Of a DNA stretch of 63,500 nt, positions 12,301-22,966 are shown piece by piece. Each line of letters begins with the position of its first letter. The first letter of the stretch is position 1. The stretch is from Gracilinanus agilis (taxonomy: Eukaryota). The position numbers and the translations under genes were made by a program. The notes beneath the pieces are model-generated. The model did no database searches. It worked only from the letters and a program-made list of their open reading frames with translations, and was not told the origin of the DNA. The stretch is taken from the NCBI RefSeq assembly GCF_016433145.1, contig NC_058133.1:503039696-503103195 (forward strand), written 5' to 3'.

Positions 12301-15300
12301 CTTCTCACCGGCCATCATGTCACCCAAACTCTTCCACCTGCGTGAGAAGCATGCAGATGCCCGCACCAGCCGCACCTTGCTGCTCTTGGCCAAGGTACCT
12401 GGGTGGGCTGGGCCAGGCCAGGCATGGTCTTGCAGTGCAGTGGATCTAATGGCTTCTGGACTCTCTCAGGACCAGGGCCAGGAGGGAGCTAAGCAGGAGG
12501 TTGGGGGACGGTACTTTGAGAGATGCGAGTTTGGGAGCCATGCTGAAAGGAAGGGCTGACCAGTGTGCCAGGGAGCAGACAGTAGAGAAAGTTGGCAGCA
12601 GGCCTGCAGGAAAGGTCGAGGAAGAGAGAAAAGGGAGCAAAACCCATTTGAGAGTCCAGAAGACCTAAGTTCCAGTCCCAACTGTGTCACAGAGTAGTTG
12701 TCTGACCTTGGGCATGGCTAATGTCTCAGGGGCCCATTCTCCAAGACTTCCCAGCTACCGTAGGCAGGTGCTGCTTGTCCTGGCTGGAGAGTTTCCTTCC
12801 TTGGAGCGCCTACACTGCCAGAATCAGAAGTGCCATTTATAAAAACAAAAACGAGAACAAATTTGAAGACGTGGTTAATGTCTCAAAGCCCTGGGGATGA
12901 AAGGCCCCATTATCAGGAAGGAGACTCCAAAGAGGGTCAAAGACAGGAGTTGTCTACTAGTAGGGCTGGGGGTGCTTTTGGTGGGCTCCTAACTTCTCGG
13001 GACCGACGGGAGAGGGCATGAGGTCTGCCTTCAGGAAGCTCTAAGCATGGCTGGAGAGATGAGACTCCCAGAGTTACTATAGACTGCTCAAGGGAATCAG
13101 CGAAGGCTCCCTGGAGGAGGTTGGGCTCAGTGGGGAGGAGAGAGATTTGCTGCAAAGGACAAGGGACCGACTGGATTCTAAGGACCTGAGTTTAAATCCC
13201 ACCTCTGATACTAACCACCTGAATGACCTGGGACAAGTCTTATCTCCTGTGGGCCTCGGTTTCCTAATTTGTAAAAAGAAAGAGTCAGACTTAGATGGGC
13301 TACGAGTTCCCTTCCATGGCACTGGGATCACCAATCCTCCCATTCTGTAGAGGAGGAAGCTGAGACTGAGAAGGAAAGGGACATGTTCAGTGGCCCACAG
13401 CAAGTGAATGACAGGACCCAGGTGTCCTTATTCCTAGGGCGGTGCTCTCTCTCTACCACACCATACTGCTCCCATCTGTTGGTTGGTGGGCTGATTGGGC
13501 TTAGGGCCTGGAAGAGAGGTACATGAAGAAGCAGCTGGGCTGGGCAGGGATGGTGTGGCTGGGGTGGAGGAGGGTCCACAAATCCACGGACCACTGTGGG
13601 CTTGATCCCACCCCTGCCAGGCTGTCCAGAATGTGGGCAACATGGACACACTGGCCTCTCGAGCCAAGGAGGCCTGGATGGAGCCCCTCCAGCCCATGGT
13701 CCAGCAAGGGGTGGCTCAGCTGAAGGACTTCATTACCAAACTCATTGACATCGAGGAGAAGGAGGGTAAGGCCCTCCCCCCCCGACCTCCAGCTTGGGGT
13801 ATCAGGGGCCATCCCACCAAAGATATATGGGAATGGGCTTCTGCCCCGGCCCCTTCTGGTTGGCCTCAATGGGTGGGCCTGGCCGGCGGCTCCTGGGGAG
13901 CTCCTCACTTGAGAGGGAGCTGGTGTTGGTGAGGACGATTGAGCACCGAGCCGGGAAGACCCTCCCCAGCCCAAGAGAAAACTCTCCTTTCGCGGCAGAG
14001 TTTTCCCTGGGCCCGGCTCCTTTGTGGGCTTCCTCGGGAGGCGGAGGAGGCAGTTCTGTCCCCTCACAGTCCCTGCAGCAATGCTGCCACCAAGCATAGC
14101 AGCTCCACATACTGGCGCTGGGAACACGGCCGCTCAGTAGCCGGGAAGCTCTCTGTCACCGGACAGCCCCCTGCCCACACGCATGGAGAGCCAGACTCGC
14201 CACTGCTGCACGTCCCAGAGGGGCCCGGAACGCAGGCGCCTCCCTTCCCATTCCCCGTGGGATGGCCTCTGCTACACTGGGGGGGCCCCCGTGGCAATGT
14301 GGGAAAGGGGACGGCGAGGCCCTCGACCACCCCAGGGCGGGCCCAAAGCCCTTCTCTTCTCACCAGCCGCTCTGGGCTCTGGCCATGCCGGCGGGGGCCA
14401 GGAGGCTCGGGGCGCAGGCCCAGATTCTGGTGGGAGGCAGGCGCTGGATGCTCACCTCGGCCTCGGGCCCCCTCCTTCCTCCATCCCCTCAGAGCTGGAC
14501 CTCCAGCGGGCGCTTAACCTGCAGGCCCTGCCTGTGAAGGAGGGGCCCCTCTTCATCCACAAGGCCAAGGGCAAAGGCCCGCTCTTGTCCTCCTTCAAGA
14601 AGCTCCACTTTTCCCTCACCAGCGAGGCCCTCAGCTTTGCCAAGACGCCCAGTTCCAAGGTAAGCAGGGCCGGCCGTGAGGCCTGGGGAGGGATGCCCAA
14701 GTCATTCCGGGGCTGCCCCTCCCCGAGCCTTCCGCAGACAGGATTTGGGCGGCCGGCAGGTGGGCCGGCGAGGCTCCCGCCTTTCGGCAGTCGGTTCCCT
14801 CACCGAGTAACCAGTTCCCCAAACAAAACCGAATGATCCAGCGACGCGGGGAGGAGGGTCAGCGGCCTGAGAGGGCCAGAGAGCCAAGTGACCGGCTTTG
14901 CCACATGCAGCGACCTTAGCTGGGTCCTGCCTTCCGCTCTGGCCTATTTGCAGAGCGCCTTAGCCAAGAATTGCCTAGAGCTAGAGGGGACCTCGGGGGC
15001 TTCTGGGCTGACCCCTCTTACAGAGGAAACCAGGCCCAAGGCAGGCCCCAGGATCATAGGCCTAGAGTGGAAGGGACCGCAGAAGCAAAATAGTGCGAAC
15101 ATCTCATTCCACAACTGGGGAAACTGAGGCCAGGGAGACGAAGTGATGTTTGTCTGTGAGACACAGGTAGTATGTCAGAAGTGGGACACCAGTGTAGGCC
15201 CCGTCACTCTTTCTGAAGGCCCCCCACGGTCCCCTCTGTTAGGTTTCTCTGGGGCTCTGGGATGGGGGGTTCATATGAAGGCCCTGGACCCCCCCCATGG

Positions 15301-18300
15301 CTCCATCCTGGTTCTGGGGCCCTGCAGCCTTCAGGGAGGGGCTCTCCTCTAAGCCTTCTCTGCCCTGGCCCTCCTCCAGAAAATGACCTTCATCACCCTG
15401 GCCAACATCCGGGCGGCCGAGAAGGTGGAAGAGAAGAGCTTCGGCAACTCCCACGTCATGCAGATCATCTACACAGGCGAAGCCGGCCAGTGTGAGACAG
15501 CCTATCTGCAGTGCAAGGTGAGCCCCACTTGTCTGGTCCCCCCAGGACCCCTCTGAGAGCTCAGAGCAGAGCAAGAAATGGGAAGTGAGNNNNNNNNNNN
15601 NNNNNNNNNNNNNNNNNNNNNNNNNNNNNNNNNNNNNNNNNNNNNNNNNNNNNNNNNNNNNNNNNNNNNNNNNNNNNNNNNNNNNNNNNNNNNNNNNNNN
15701 NNNNNNNNNNNNNNNNNNNNNNNNNNNNNNNNNNNNNNNNNNNNNNNNNNNNNNNNNNNNNNNNNNNNNNNNNNNNNNNNNTCTGTCTCTCTGTCTCTCT
15801 GCTTCCCTCAGTCTCCCTGTCTGTCTCTCCTCTCTCCATCACCCCCTGGCTCTACCTCTGCCTTTGTCTGTCTGTCTATCTCTCTCCCATGAACCCTTTG
15901 GGCCCCTGATCTCAGGGCCGCCGAGCCTCACTCCGACCTCCTTTCCCGTCCTCTCTACGCCCCTCGTGCTTCCCCTCCTCATCTTCAGGGGGTGGGTGTG
16001 CGTGTGTGTATCAGGGTGTGCGCCGTGCACTTGTGTGTCTGCTCCCCCCTGGCCCCGAGTGTGTGCGGGGTCTTTACACACGTGTACATATGTGCGTGTC
16101 AGCCACTGAGCCAGCCCTGCGGGGGACGTCCGAAGCACGCTCCCTGCCCCCCTCAATCGTGCACGGGGGGGGGGGCTGGTCTGCGCCCAGCACGGGGCCA
16201 GGCTGGGGGTCCCAGGAGTGAAGCCCGTCCTCGTCCCGAGGAGCTGCCCTCCCATCCTTTGGGAGCTCCCGCCGCGAGTCAGGGGAGCGGAGCGGACAGC
16301 TCCGGCCTTGGTCCCGGATCCCGGGCTCCGAGGGGCCCGGACGCTCCCCAGGGGAGGCCCCTCTCTAAGGGCCGCTCCCAGGACCCTGGTGGCCCCGAGG
16401 CGGCTCCTCTGGGCCGGGGCTCCCTCAAGGCCAGAGGCCTGCCGGCCCCCATGGCGAGCGCCCGTGTTGGCCTCTGTTGTAGTGCGTGAATGAGCTGAAC
16501 CAGTGGCTGTCTGCCCTGCGCAAGGTCTGCCTCCACAACCAGGGCATGCTGGGCTCCTACCACCCAGGCATCTTCCGAGGAGACAAGTGGAGCTGCTGCC
16601 ACCAGAAGGAAAAGACAAGTAGGGAGGCCTGGCTGGGAGGTCTGGAGGCGGGCAGTTCCCTGGGGGTGGAGAGGAAGGTCCTCGGGGTGCCCGGCTCGGT
16701 GGGCATGAAGGGACGGGCGCGCTGGGCTATACCCAACTCGAGCGGAGAGTCTAAGGGTGCCGGGGACCGAGATGGGGGTCTGCGACGGGGAGGGACCCTC
16801 GGCTCGGAGCCAGGCAGATTCTGAGCAAGGAGAGAGAGATCCTGCTCACCAGGTTGGGGTGGGCGATGAGCGGAGATCAGGGAAGACTCCCTAAAGGAGG
16901 TGGCATTTAAGATGGACTTCAATGGAAGGGGAAGGAGAAGACCTCCATTGTGGGCCTGGGAAGATGGGAGCCAGAGCCTATCTTGCTTTCTGCCAAGAGA
17001 CCCCGGACCTAGGCTGAGCCTCGGTTTCCCCCTCTACCATGACCACAGACCCCGGGATGGTAGGGTAGCTGGGGCAGCTGAGAGGGTCTTCTGTGCTGCC
17101 CCCATCCCAGGCCCCCATCAGGATGGCAGCGTCAGAGAAGCCCAGAACAATTGGGGGGCTGCGCAGAGAGCCCCGAATGAGGGGTCACGAGCTCTGACAA
17201 AGCTGCACTCCTCGGGCCTTCCTTGTGACGGCTGGCCATTGCCCTCCCCTCCTGGGTTTTCCCTTTTTCCTCTCTCTAGGCTGGGATGCTTCTGGACCCA
17301 GGAGCCCGGCTTCCTCACGGCCTCCCCTGGCCATTCTCGACCTGCCGGGGGCAGGGCTGGCACACTTGTCCTTGCAATGCTGTCGAGATCTATTTATCGT
17401 CTCCACATAATCGTATAAGGACGGCTTAGTTGATAAGAAAGTAACAGGACACGGAGACGATCTTGACTGTTAACTCATAGCTGCTTCTCTGAAGTGCCAT
17501 TGAGTCACAAGTTTATTATATATGACAATCCAAACTCCCTTTCACCCACAAGCACAGAGAGTTTCACAGCTCCGTAGACATCGCAATTAGTTTAGACAAC
17601 ACACAGAAGCCTCAGAAACTTCAAGGTGAAGATAAGAGCACAAGGTTGGGTTGTAGCTGCCTCATCATCAGCTAAGTCGGAATATTTTCTCAGCTCCCAC
17701 TGGAGGGGGTTGTGTCTAGTTTTTGTCCAGTTTTGACCTTGACTTGTCTAGAAACAGATTCAGAGTCCAGGCAGCCTTTTGCTTAATTTCTGTCTTTAGT
17801 CTTAGAGAGAAATTGTTGACCTCTTAATGGCTGGTTTGCTAGGAACTTAAAGCTTTTCAATAAGGCTGTATTGCTTTTTTTTTTTTTTTAATTTTTATTT
17901 TAAACCCTTAACTTCTGTGTATTGACTTATAGGTGGAAGATTGGTAAGGGTAGGCAATGGGGGTCAAGTGACTTGCCCAGGGTCACACAGCTGGGAAGTA
18001 TCTGAGGCCAGATTTGAACCCAGGACCTCCTGTCTCTAGGCCTGACTCTCACTCCACTGAGCTACCCAGCTGCCCCCTGTATTGCTTTTTTTTTTTTTTT
18101 AACCCTTGTACTTTGGTGTATTGTCTCATAGGTGGAAGAGTGGTCAGGGTGGGCAATGGGGGTCAAGTGACTTGTCCAGGGTCACACAGCTAGGAAGTGT
18201 CTGAGGCCAGATTTGAACCCAGGACCTCCTGTCTCTAGGCCTGACTCTCCATCCACTGAGATACCCAGCTGCCCCCTGTATTGCTTTTTAATAAGAAAAG

Positions 18301-21300
18301 GTGTGAATCATTAAAGGGGTCGAAAAGAGAAATCTCAGATTTTTATCTATTTGAGGCTGTTTCTCTTATTGGCTTCCCACACCATGCCTGTGGGGAAATG
18401 GGCTGCTTGTATGCCACAGGGCAAGAGAAGGCAGAGAAGCAGCCATGAGTCTTGTCCTTCACCCGCATGGCTAGGGCAGGACAGGAGCTGACAGTTCTTG
18501 AAGAACGCCCTGGGAGGGCCTTTAGCCATCACGCTGTCCACTTTATAGATGAGAAAACGAAGGCCCAGAACAGGAATGTGATTGCTCCACGTCACACAGT
18601 CAGCTGGGGCAGAGCCCTGCTGAGGGCAGTGCCAGCTGGCTGGCACCTGATTGCTCTGGGGAACAGAAAACCCCAGCTTGGAGGGACGGTGGGTTCCGGG
18701 CAGTCCCCGACTGAGAGAGCTCTGCAGGAGGGCTGTTTTTATTCCCAACTTAATAACCCTCACTTTGGGCCCTGATGGATCCCGTCTGGCCTGCTCATGG
18801 GCTGGGGCAAGTCCCACACTGAGGAAGACAAAGGAGGGGGAAAGCGTTCAGTAAGCACCTACTACGTGCTGAGCTTTATGATCGTCTCTTTTGTCGCCCA
18901 CAACTGCCAGTGCAGTGCTGGGACATCTCTTGGTTTCTCCTCCCTGGAGCCGCTCGCCCAGAGCCTTGAAGGCCCCCTTCGGGACCTGCCCAGGAAGCCC
19001 TGCTCGTCCATCTTCCCCCAGACCCTCCCCAGGGGTCACCTCGTCTCTCCCGTCTCTTAGGTCTGGGCTGTGACAAAACTCGATACCGGGTGACCTTGCA
19101 GGAATGGAACGACCCCTTGGACCCAGACCTGGAAGCCCAGCTCATCTATAGACACCTGTTGGGCATGCAGGACACCATGCGGTGAGGATGGCGTCTCCCT
19201 GGCCTGTCCAGGAGGGAGCCCCGAGAGCAGGGGGCCTCCCACTCACCCTTTTCCTAGGCCTGAACCCACATGCTTGGCCGCTTCTCCTTCTCGGCCTCTT
19301 GAGTCTTCTCTGACCTAATTTAATTTAAGCCACATTCCCCAAATGTTTCGTATGAGTGAACTCGTCTACAGGGCGCTGAGCCCTGGGGCCCTTTGGGCAG
19401 GGCAGCAGAGGGTGAGGGGTGAAGGGAGCAGAGAAGGAACCACTCAGGGGGAGGCCTTGGAGGGCTCCTGAGCCCCCCCCCCCCGGCTGATCTGCGCCTC
19501 TTTATAGTCACTCCAGGACAGTGGTTAGATGAAGGCCTCCAGCCGGGTGGCTGGACTTGAAATCAGGACGTGTCATTGTTGTTCGGTCGCGTCTGACTCT
19601 TCAGGACCCCTTTTGGGGTTTTCTCGGCAGAGATACGAGAGCGGTTTGCCATTTACTAGCCCATTTCTCTATCCACTACCCCATTGAGCTGCCCCCAATC
19701 AGGAAATCAGGAAGCCCCAAGTTCAGTTCCTACCTCTGACACTTGCTGCGTGGCTATGACCAAGTTTCCTAGTCTCCCCGGGCCTCAGTTTCCCCTCTTG
19801 TAAAATGAAGAGGTTGGTCTTGTTCATGTCTGAGATCCTTTCAAGCTCCGACTCTCTAATCCCAAAGAATCCCTTGACTTGTCTTTTCATGAAGAGAAAT
19901 GGTACAAGAGACGTGTTCCTCAGTTTCCTCATCTGGAAAAAGAGGCAATTGGGCTCAAAGCCTGCTTTGGATTCAAATTCTCCCCCTCAGGGCTCCTTCC
20001 TTCTCCAGAAAGGTGGCATGTGCAATTCCAGAGGCTCTGGCCCCTCGTTCTTCCTTCGAAGTGTAAAAGGAAGGGGGAGTTTGAACAGGCCCCTTCCTGA
20101 GAGCAGGGCGGGAGGTTGCAGATCCTGCTCTCCCTCTCAGGCCAGAACTGTGACTTGGGACTCACTGGGGGAAGGATTAGAGGCTTGGGGAGGCCAAGAC
20201 CAAACCAAGGTGGAAATAATTAAACACCAAGGAGAGCCTGCAACCTGACGGAAGGTGCAGAATGTTGGACCCAGAGCCAAGGAGACCCGAGTTCAAATCC
20301 TACCTCTGAGAACCTTGCTAGTTGTGAGGGGGAAGCTCGAAACACCTCAGAGCCTCTGTTGCTTTATCTATAAAATGGGGATAATAGAACCTACCTCATA
20401 GGGTTTTTCAGGAGATTTTTGTAAACTCAAAGCATTAAATAAATGTTAGCGGCCATCGTTATCATCATCATCATCACTACTACTACTGCTACTAGTAAAG
20501 ATAGATAGTGGAGTTAAAACCAGTGGAAATGTGCATCGGCCATGGGTGGGGGGAGAGCATGAATCATGTAACCATGTTAAAAATGAATATTAATAAATGT
20601 TTACAAAAATTAAAAAAAAGATAGACAGTGGACAGTCATCCAAAGTGTCTCACAGGAGCAGGAAAGTGGCAACATCGGCCTCAAACTTGTCCCTTTTGCT
20701 TTCCCTCACCAGTGAAAAGTACCTGGAGCTGACTGCCCTGGGGGCTGCTGGGAATATCCCCAACATTCAAAGTGAAGGTAGGATCCTGACAGTCCCTCCC
20801 AGATTCCCTGACAAGCTAGCACAGTTCTTCCCACGCCAAGAGAATTAGTTGGTGAAGAAGGATTCTGATTCTAGAGTAAGAGGACCAAGATCCAAATCCC
20901 ACTTGAGACACTTATGGGCCTCAGTTTCCTCATCTGTAAAATAATGAAATTGAACTAGATGGCCTTGGAGGCTTCTTCCATCTCTAAATCTAGGATGCTT
21001 TCTGTGGGACTTTGGGGCCAATTGGGGACCTCCCTGAGCCTCAGTTTGCCTTAAAATGAGGGGGTTGGACTAGATGGCTTCCCAGGCCCCCTCCAGCTCT
21101 GATTCTATAGAAGTCTGGCCCCAGGGGAGGCCCTGAGGCCTTGGCAGTCCCTGGCCCTTACCAGCTGCTCTGGTGCTGGTCTTTCCCCAGCACTGGATGG
21201 CCCCACTCAGCTGTTCCAGGTACTCCAGGACCTAGAGAATGCCCACCGCTCTGGCCCTCTGACCACTGTGGACCAGGAAAAGAACTATCTCTTGAAGTTG

Positions 21301-21309
21301 CAGACGTGA
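243..21309 (+). CDS. RASA4: RAS p21 protein activator 4 (CAPRI), 5'-partial multi-exon gene: end of C2B, RasGAP, PH and Btk domains
   Basis: 15 GT-AG exons: 243-374, 2056-2147, 4176-4293, 4925-5078, 5784-5848, 9668-9780, 11500-11692, 12257-12394, 13621-13765, 14493-14659, 15380-15517, 16483-16618, 19061-19181, 20713-20777, 21191-21309. Total 1896 nt = 631 aa + TGA, phases consistent. Motifs [50 protein letters not shown]-terminal LLKLQT match GAP1-family RASA4. Confidence 0.96.
559..731 (+). mobile_element. SINE1_Mdo-like tRNA-derived SINE
   Basis: ggggaagctgggtggctcagtggatagagc...gggaggtcctgggttcagatc...A tail; internally deleted. Confidence 0.8.
732..900 (+). mobile_element. Mar1-like CORE-SINE
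   Basis: CORE gcctccgtttcctcatct followed by gccaagaaaaccccaagtggggtcatgacgagtcggacaggactg. Confidence 0.7.
1625..1770 (+). mobile_element. Degenerate MIR/CORE-SINE
   Basis: B-box gggttcgaatccc followed by eroded CORE (cctggggcgagttgctcacc...ttcctc...aagatgaggg). Confidence 0.55.
2056..2147 (+). CDS. RASA4: RASA4 exon ([31 protein letters not shown])
   Basis: cag|GTG...GA|gtgagt, 92 nt; EEGWF motif of C2B end. Confidence 0.9.
2543..2715 (-). mobile_element. Marsupial SINE (SINE1/WSINE-like)
   Basis: T-tail, aaacccttcctttctg...gtgacttacccagggtcacacagctaggaag...tatccactgagcccc. Confidence 0.75.
3333..3559 (+). mobile_element. Two tandem 5'-truncated SINE1-like copies
   Basis: Each begins ...cttcctag, ends in an A tail, and is bounded by agactataa.ttat (3317, 3447, 3560). 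Confidence 0.7.
4176..4293 (+). CDS. RASA4: RASA4 exon ([19 protein letters not shown]...KLRPK)
   Basis: cag|G...AAG|gtgagg, 118 nt. Confidence 0.93.
4387..4669. repeat. 12-bp minisatellite (GTGCCCCTGTTT)n, about 23.5 copies
   Basis: Direct reading; variants CCCTTG and CCCCCG; one 11-bp unit near 4620. Confidence 0.97.
4925..5078 (+). CDS. RASA4: RASA4 exon ([14 protein letters not shown]...LELRRT)
   Basis: aag|GAC...G|gtgaga, 154 nt. Confidence 0.92.
5784..5848 (+). CDS. RASA4: RASA4 exon ([21 protein letters not shown])
   Basis: cag|TG...AAG|gtgaga, 65 nt; RasGAP arginine-finger region. Confidence 0.95.
6364..6551 (-). mobile_element. SINE1_Mdo-like, full length, inserted into a MIR
   Basis: TSD tcccagcattgtttt at 6349-6363 and 6552-6566. 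Confidence 0.9.
7345..8160 (+). mobile_element. Old L1 ORF1 fragment (7345-7605, 8074-8160)
   Basis: Degenerate translation [17 protein letters not shown]...AKLSII...LMK resembles the L1 ORF1 C-terminal half. Confidence 0.65.
7606..8057 (+). mobile_element. Young 5'-truncated L1 3' end nested in the old L1
   Basis: Poly(A) tail; 16-bp TSD aaaactgagtataatc at 7590-7605 and 8058-8073. Confidence 0.85.
8455..8680 (-). mobile_element. L1 ORF2 3' fragment
   Basis: ttccaaattgctttccagaatggttgtac...caactccaccaacaatgc, a typical antisense L1 string. Confidence 0.6.
8690..9480 (+). mobile_element. L2 3' fragment (interrupted by a MIR)
   Basis: gacatctccacctaaatg...tatctcaaactcaatatgtccaaaac...gcttaataaatgtttgc; boundaries approximate. 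Confidence 0.6.
9668..9780 (+). CDS. RASA4: RASA4 exon ([13 protein letters not shown]...IKDVG)
   Basis: cag|ATC...GG|gtaaag, 113 nt. Confidence 0.95.
9980..11436. repeat. Compound (TATGTC/TATATC/TGTGTC)n microsatellite, about 1.4 kb
   Basis: T at nearly every second base; local higher-order unit of about 74 bp. Confidence 0.95.
11500..11692 (+). CDS. RASA4: RASA4 exon ([10 protein letters not shown]...FPENKHQ)
   Basis: cag|G...CAG|gttgga, 193 nt. Confidence 0.93.
12257..12394 (+). CDS. RASA4: RASA4 exon ([20 protein letters not shown]...LLLLAK)
   Basis: cag|AAC...AAG|gtacct, 138 nt; FLR-type GAP motif. Confidence 0.94.
13621..13765 (+). CDS. RASA4: RASA4 exon ([10 protein letters not shown]...IEEKE)
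   Basis: cag|GCT...G|gtaagg, 145 nt. Confidence 0.95.
14493..14659 (+). CDS. RASA4: RASA4 exon (ELDLQRAL...AKTPSSK, PH start)
   Basis: cag|AG...AAG|gtaagc, 167 nt. Confidence 0.95.
15380..15517 (+). CDS. RASA4: RASA4 exon ([21 protein letters not shown]...YLQCK)
   Basis: cag|AAA...AAG|gtgagc, 138 nt. Confidence 0.94.
15590..15781. other. Assembly gap (192 N)
   Basis: N run next to a (TCTG/TC)n tract in a RASA4 intron. Confidence 1.
16483..16618 (+). CDS. RASA4: RASA4 exon ([14 protein letters not shown]...[10 protein letters not shown])
   Basis: tag|TGC...A|gtaggg, 136 nt; Btk motif. Confidence 0.95.
17880..18076 (-). mobile_element. SINE1_Mdo-like, full length (aacccttaacttctgtg type)
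   Basis: TSD ctgtattgctttt at 17866 and 18077. Confidence 0.9.
18091..18275 (-). mobile_element. SINE1_Mdo-like, full length (aacccttgtactttggtg type)
   Basis: TSD ctgtattgctttt at 18077 and 18276. Confidence 0.9.
19061..19181 (+). CDS. RASA4: RASA4 exon ([20 protein letters not shown]...QDTMR)
   Basis: tag|GT...CG|gtgagg, 121 nt. Confidence 0.94.
20513..20616 (+). mobile_element. Very short L1 3' end
   Basis: Same 3' string as 7930-8050; TSD aaagataga(t/c)agtgga at 20497-20512 and 20617-20632. Confidence 0.8.
20713..20777 (+). CDS. RASA4: RASA4 penultimate exon ([21 protein letters not shown])
   Basis: Strong pyrimidine tract ccttttgctttccctcaccag|T...G|gtagga, 65 nt; supplies the phase 2 to phase 1 bridge needed; sequence is diverged. 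Confidence 0.8.
21191..21309 (+). CDS. RASA4: RASA4 last coding exon ([19 protein letters not shown]...LLKLQT*)
   Basis: ctttccccag|CA...TGA; matches RASA4 C-terminus. Confidence 0.9.
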
Positions 21310-22247
21310 GACTGAGCCCTGCTCCCCCCAGGCCAAGGCCCCAACTCCATCCGTCCCCCCCTCTGCCTCCTGCTGGGACTATTTATTCCCAAGAACTCCC
21401 TGTCATGTGGTTGCTGCCTGTGGACTCTGTGCTTTGGAGATCTGCCTGTGGCCTGGGTGATCCTCCAGGCCCCCTGGTCTGTGCCCCTGCCCTCGCTTCT
21501 GTCCCAAAGCTCAGCCCTTGGCTACAAACCAACACCCTCTCCCCCATCCCCCATTTCCATCAGCCCTGCAGGGGCCTGAACCTCTACCCTGGGCTTGTGC
21601 TGAAGCTTTATCCAGAGGCTTTGAGAGAGCTTCAGGAGGCTGAAGGCCCTCCTGACCAGGGAGGGAGACAGAAACCTCCTTGCCCCAATTTCCTGGGCAG
21701 CCACTAGGTCCCCAGGCAGTGCCCCTGGGTCCGGTTTGGGGTAAAAAGGCAGCCTCAGAAGCCCCAGGCCCACTTCATCGCTTGCCCCCATCCTGGGCCC
21801 ACTCCTAGTTATGCCCTTGATTCTAACATTCCATGAAGTTCAAAGTGGGGAAGCTTGGGAGCTGGGGGATGATGGGGGGGAGGGGAAGGGGTGCCAGGAT
21901 CATTCATGAGGGCTTGCGGGTGATAAGAAAGCTCCAGAGTCTCTTTCTGGCTCTGTTGGCCCTGTGGCTGGTGCCCTACTCTCCCAGCTCTTCTCCCATC
22001 CTCGGGACAAAGTCTGATGAGCAAAGTCCTCCGGGAGCAGAAGGCAAGAGAAGAAAGAGGGCTCCGGTGTCATCTTCTGTGCCCACTACCCCCACCCCCA
22101 TTCCCAGCATGGGCACGCCAGGGCCCCTGGGGCTCACAAGGGCCAGGATTCAGGCTCCAGCTTCCTGACTCATCTGAGGTGGACAGGCTCAGGCCCTCCC
22201 ACTTCCGCCCATCCCCATCCTCTCAGCTGGGCATCACAGCAGACTAC

Positions 22248-22253
22248 AATAAA
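22248..22253 (+). terminator. RASA4 poly(A) signal AATAAA
   Basis: AATAAA about 940 nt after the stop, followed by a GU/U-rich tract (tgttgggttggggtcttctcttt). Confidence 0.7.
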
Positions 22254-22966
22254 CTTTACTTTACCACTGTTGGGTTGGGGTCTTCTCTTTGGGGAGGGGA
22301 AGACGAGAGACAGAGCGAGGGAGGAGCGAGGTCTAGAAGCGGGAGTACCATTGAGAGAGGCAATCAGACTAGAGGAATGACAACACAGCTAGGGAGGGCC
22401 TCAGGGGAGGACGTCTGGGGTCAGAGGGGGGAGTTAAAAAAGGAACCCTGTAGGAGGCAGTGCCAGGGGGAGACTGAAAGCATTTAGGTGCCTGCTCTGG
22501 GCTAGGCGTCGTGCTGGGCGCTGGGGAAGCAAACCAAACGTCCAGCTGTCCCTGCCCATGAGGAGCTTATGTTGTGCCCATGAGAGGAAGCTCTTAGGCC
22601 AAGGGAGACCCGCTCCATGTGTTCTGGTTCTAAAGTCCCACCACTTGCCCAGTGCCAAGGCCAAAGGCATCTCACAAACCGTCCTCAGGGATGTGTTTCC
22701 TGCCCAAGCCAGGACACAGGAGGGGCTTGAACTGGGAGAGCTTGGAGGGCTGGAGAGCCTGGAGGTGACAGGATGGACCAAAAGTAGGTTTAGGAGGAGT
22801 CAGGCAGAAGGAGGAGAAAATGTTTTAATCTAGGATCAAAGCTCAAGATTATGGAGATAACATTGTTATGGGAGACCATAAGAGCTGACCATCCCTGTGG
22901 GTAGTTTAGGTGGAATGAAGATGCAGCTATTGTTCCCTCTGAGCAGACTCTAAATGAAACTATGGG

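Larger units (their letters stand above)
17381..18381 (-). mobile_element. Solo ERV LTR (about 590 bp) interrupted by two SINEs
   Basis: TG...CA termini; near-TSD caatgc/ccatgc; minus-strand TATATAATAAAC at about 17511-17522; homologous to 27374-27857. Confidence 0.75.

Noticed and set aside
15561-16109. ORFs crossing the first N gap (likewise 23639-24282)
   Set aside because: Open only because N codons are not stops.
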